This document shows, piece after piece, positions 60,486-64,000 of a DNA stretch of 64,000 nucleotides (position 1 is the first letter of the stretch; every line of letters begins with the position of its first letter). The DNA comes from an uncultured cyanobacterium (GTDB taxonomy: Bacteria > Cyanobacteriota > Cyanobacteriia > CAKZMO01). The stretch covers positions 192,001 to 256,000 of the forward strand of contig CAVRCJ010000005.1 in the NCBI GenBank assembly GCA_963719515.1. The letters are read 5' to 3'. The position numbers and the translations under genes are program-made. The notes under the pieces are model-generated. The model had not been told where the DNA came from. It saw only the letters and a program-made list of their open reading frames with translations, and did not search any database.

Positions 60486-61874
60486 ATGTCATCCCTGTCG
60501 CTCCCTGCCGCAGTCACGGCCCCCCTCCCGGTGACTCTGAGACGTCGCCGGGAGCGCTTAGCTCAGCGGTGCGACTATCCTGTTGCCCTATGGTCGGGCT
60601 GCTCCCCCGCACGCAATTTTCCCGCCAACCGCTATTCCTTCCGCGCCAGCAGCCACTTTCTCTATTTTGCGGGGCTGCCGCTGCAGGATGCCGTTGTTTA
60701 CATAGACAGCGGCAAACTTCATCTGTTTATGGATGATGCTTTGCCAGACAGTGCGCTCTGGCACGGCGTAGCCCCCACCAGAGAGGCGATCGCCGCCACC
60801 ATCGGCGCGGACGACGCCTCCCCAATCGCAGCCCTGCCGCCGTACCTTCAAAAACAGGACCGTATAGCTACCCTCCGGCCGGGGGGACAAATGCGGCCTG
60901 AGCAAGCGATCGCCCTCGGTCGTTCAGGAATAGATCCCACACCAGCAGACCAAGCCCTTGCCGAGGCCGTGGTGCAGCTGCGGCTGATTCATGACGAGCA
61001 GGCGATCAGCGAACTGCAGCGGGCGGCGGCAGTGACCCTGGAAGCCCACCGAGCGGGGATGGCCCACACGCGAGGAGCGGCCCGGGAAGCGGACGTACGC
61101 AGCGCCATGGAGGGAGTAATTTTGCGCCACGACATGACCCCGGCCTACAACAGCATCGTCACGGTGCAGGGGGAGGTGCTGCACAACGAGCGCTACCACA
61201 ACGCTTTGTCGGACGGTGATTTACTGCTGGCGGATGTGGGGGCAGAAACTGAGCTGGGCTGGGCCTCGGATGTGACGCGCACCTGGCCCGTTTCGGGGCA
61301 ATTCTCAACGGCGCAGCGACAGATCTACGAGGTGGTGCTGGCCGCCCACGATGGGGCGATTGCGGCCCTGAAGCCGGGTGTGGAATACCGAGAGCTCCAC
61401 TGGCGGGCCTGCCGCATTTTGACTGAGGGGCTGGTCAGCTTGGGCATTTTAGCGGGCGACGTCGAGGATTTGCTAGCGCAAGATGCCCATGCGCTGTTTT
61501 TTCCCCACGGCGTCGGCCACCTGCTGGGGCTAGACGTCCACGACATGGAGGACCTAGGCGATGTGGCGGGGTATGCGGCGGGGCGCAGGCGCAGCCCGAG
61601 GTTTGGCCTGGGCTATTTGCGGCTCGATCGCCCGCTGCAGGCAGGCATGGTGGTCACCATCGAGCCGGGATTCTACCAGGTGCCCGCAATCTTAAACGAC
61701 CCGGAGCGGCGATCGCGCTACGCAGGGCAGGTGAACTGGACACGGCTAGCGCAGTTCGCCGACGTTCGAGGCATCCGCATCGAGAACGACGTGCTGGTAA
61801 CGGCGGCAGGCCCCGAAGTACTGACGGCTGCCTTGCCCACGGAAGCAGCGGCCATTGAGGCTTTGGTGGGCTAA
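60486..61874 (+). CDS. pepP: Xaa-Pro aminopeptidase (aminopeptidase P)
   Basis: LADVG, SDVTRTWP, HGVGHLLGLDVHD, TIEPG, GIRIEND. Confidence 0.92.
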   Translation: MSSLSLPAAVTAPLPVTLRRRRERLAQRCDYPVALWSGCSPARNFPANRYSFRASSHFLYFAGLPLQDAVVYIDSGKLHLFMDDALPDSALWHGVAPTREAIAATIGADDASPIAALPPYLQKQDRIATLRPGGQMRPEQAIALGRSGIDPTPADQALAEAVVQLRLIHDEQAISELQRAAAVTLEAHRAGMAHTRGAAREADVRSAMEGVILRHDMTPAYNSIVTVQGEVLHNERYHNALSDGDLLLADVGAETELGWASDVTRTWPVSGQFSTAQRQIYEVVLAAHDGAIAALKPGVEYRELHWRACRILTEGLVSLGILAGDVEDLLAQDAHALFFPHGVGHLLGLDVHDMEDLGDVAGYAAGRRRSPRFGLGYLRLDRPLQAGMVVTIEPGFYQVPAILNDPERRSRYAGQVNWTRLAQFADVRGIRIENDVLVTAAGPEVLTAALPTEAAAIEALVG

Positions 61875-62221
61875 CTGTAGCGAACTTTGGCAGCGGTCAT
61901 ACTTGTCTTATGTCACCTCCAAACGTCAATTCCTTTGGGAGGCAATCGGTCCTACTGCCGTAAAGATGGTCGCTGCGGCGCGGCGGCGGACAGAGCTTGG
62001 GCGCGGCGGAATTAAGGCCGGGTCGCAATCCGCCCATCCGGTCGGCGGCCTATGCCGGATGGACACTATTATAGAGAGAAGACTATTGCATTGGTTCAGT
62101 TGCTTAGGACAGCAGAATTGGCTGAAAGCCTGACGTTGCGTAGGCAACTGAACGCGCAAATGTCCTAATGCATTGGGACATTTGCTATATCTAAACACCA
62201 GCGACCCCTCCCTAGCGCGGC

Positions 62222-64000
62222 ATGGCAGACCTCACGTTCCCCAATCTCTCCGGCAACAAAATTCGTCAAACGTTCCTGGACTTCTACGCCGATCGCGGGC
62301 ATAGAATTTTGCCCAGCGCCTCTTTGGTGCCGGAAGACCCCACCGTGCTGCTCACTATCGCCGGCATGCTGCCCTTCAAGCCCATCTTTTTGGGTCAGCG
62401 CAAAGCTGAAGTAGACCGGGCCACCACCTCGCAAAAATGCATCCGCACCAACGACATCGAAAACGTAGGGCGCACCGCCCGGCACCACACCTTTTTCGAG
62501 ATGCTGGGGAACTTCAGCTTTGGGGACTACTTTAAAGAGCAGGCGATCGCCTGGGCCTGGGAGCTATCGACCAAAGTATTTGAGCTGCCCCCCGAGCGGC
62601 TGGTGGTGAGCGTCTTCCGCGAAGACGATGAGGCCTTTGATCTCTGGCGCGACAAAATCGGCATTCCCGCCCACCGCATTCAGCGTATGGACGAGGCGGA
62701 TAACTTTTGGGTGTCGGGGGAGACCGGCCCCTGTGGCCCCTGCTCAGAAATTTACTACGACTTTCACCCCGAGCTAGGGGATAAAAATATTGACCTCGAA
62801 GACGACAGCCGCTTCATCGAGTTCTATAACCTGGTGTTTATGCAGTACAACCGGGATGCCGCCGGGGAGCTGACGCCGCTCAAAAAGCAAAACATCGATA
62901 CGGGTCTGGGGCTAGAGCGCATGGCGCAGATTTTACAGCGCAAGCCCAATAACTACGAAACCGATCTGATCTTTCCCATCATTACGGCGGTGGAGAAGAT
63001 TGCCGGGGTGAGCTACGCCGAGGCCGATGAGTCCGCCAAAGTTTCCCTCAAGGTCGTCGGCGACCACACCCGCGCCGTCACCCACCTGATCGCCGACGGC
63101 GTCCGCGTCTCCAACACCGATCGCGGCTACGTGCTGCGGCGGCTGATTCGCCGGGTGGTGCGTCACGGGCGGCTGCTGGGCATCCAAAAGCCGTTTATTA
63201 CGGCGTGGCAGAGGCAGCGATCGCCCTCATGGAAGAAAACTATCCCAACCTGCGGGAGCAGGCCGCCGCCATCACCGTAGAGCTAGAGCGAGAAGAGCTG
63301 CGCTTTTTGGAGACCCTAGAGCGGGGGGAAAAGCTGCTGGCGGATATCCTGGCTAAGTCTCCCCAGCAGATCTCCGGCACCGACGCCTTTACGCTGTACG
63401 ACACCTACGGTTTCCCCCTGGAGCTCACTCAGGAGGTGGCTGAAGAGCAGGGCATCACCGTGGACATTGCGGGATTCACCACCGCCATGGAGCAGCAGCG
63501 GCTCAGGGCCCGCGACGCCCACCAGAGCATTGACCTGACGGCGAGAGGCGGGCTAGAGAAGCTCAGCGGCACCGTCGACGCCACGAGATTCCTGGGCTAC
63601 AGCGACCACCAGACGGCGGCGGCGGTGCAGGCGCTGCTGGTAGCGGGGGAGTCGGTGGAGACCGTGAAGACGGGCGACGTGAGCGTTGTGCTCAACGAGA
63701 CCCCTTTCTACGCGGAGGGCGGCGGCCAAATCGGCGATCGCGGCTATCTCTCGGGGGACAACCTGCTGATGCGGGTGACAGACGTGCGCAAGGAGTCGGA
63801 CGTCTTTGTTCACCTTGGCCACATCGAGCGGGGTAGCCTCACCGTAGGCGATAAGGTCACCGCGCAAATCGACCGCGCCTGCCGCCGCCGCGCCCAGGCC
63901 AACCACACCGCCACCCATTTGCTGCAGGCGGCCCTCAAAAAGCTGGTGGACGCCTCCGTGGCCCAAGCGGGCTCCTTGGTAAACTTTGACCGGCTGCGGT
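62222..64000 (+). CDS. alaS: Alanine--tRNA ligase (runs off window; apparent -1 frameshift at ~63205)
   Basis: [37 protein letters not shown]. After 63205 another frame continues: [40 protein letters not shown]. Confidence 0.95.

Larger units (their letters stand above)
722..63741. repeat. HIP1 octamer GCGATCGC dispersed throughout the window
   Basis: Dozens of copies seen by eye, e.g. 722, 1033, 3483, 21945, 21954, 63734. Hallmark of many cyanobacterial genomes. Confidence 0.95.

Noticed and set aside
62222..63280. Truncated stand-alone AlaRS catalytic-domain protein (352 aa)
   Set aside because: The rest of AlaRS continues intact in another frame, so this is a single-base indel rather than a separate short gene.

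Overview
Cyanobacterial chromosomal window (dense HIP1 GCGATCGC octamers, cpcBACDEF, psbO, cyanobacterial tmRNA tag). It is mostly core genes: sphS-like kinase (partial), ggt, carA, ndk, terC, clpP, psbO, cpc operon plus a lyase, alr, menA, rbcR, devH, polA, clpS, ssrA, radical SAM-rne-rnhB, typA, group-2 sigma factor, HerA-like ATPase, stand-alone EF-G, pepP and alaS. Non-routine items: (1) a complete tnpA-less IS200/IS605 element with catalytically intact TnpB, readable ends, predicted guide and TAM, inserted just upstream of psbO; (2) an sRNA pair absent from the ORF track between the DALR gene and polA: an HLR1-preceded PsrR1-like RNA followed by Yfr2; (3) an HTH-NACHT (NLR-like STAND) gene divergent from a micro-operon encoding a tail-anchored Zn-ribbon protein and a soluble NfeD-like protein; (4) several uncharacterised proteins with suggestive folds (Rad52/SSAP-like, catalytic-less ArgRS-like, Yip1-hydrolase fusion). 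Three apparent frameshifts (ggt, an M23 peptidase, essential alaS) most likely reflect sequencing/assembly indels. All family calls come from motif recognition by eye; no database searches were run.
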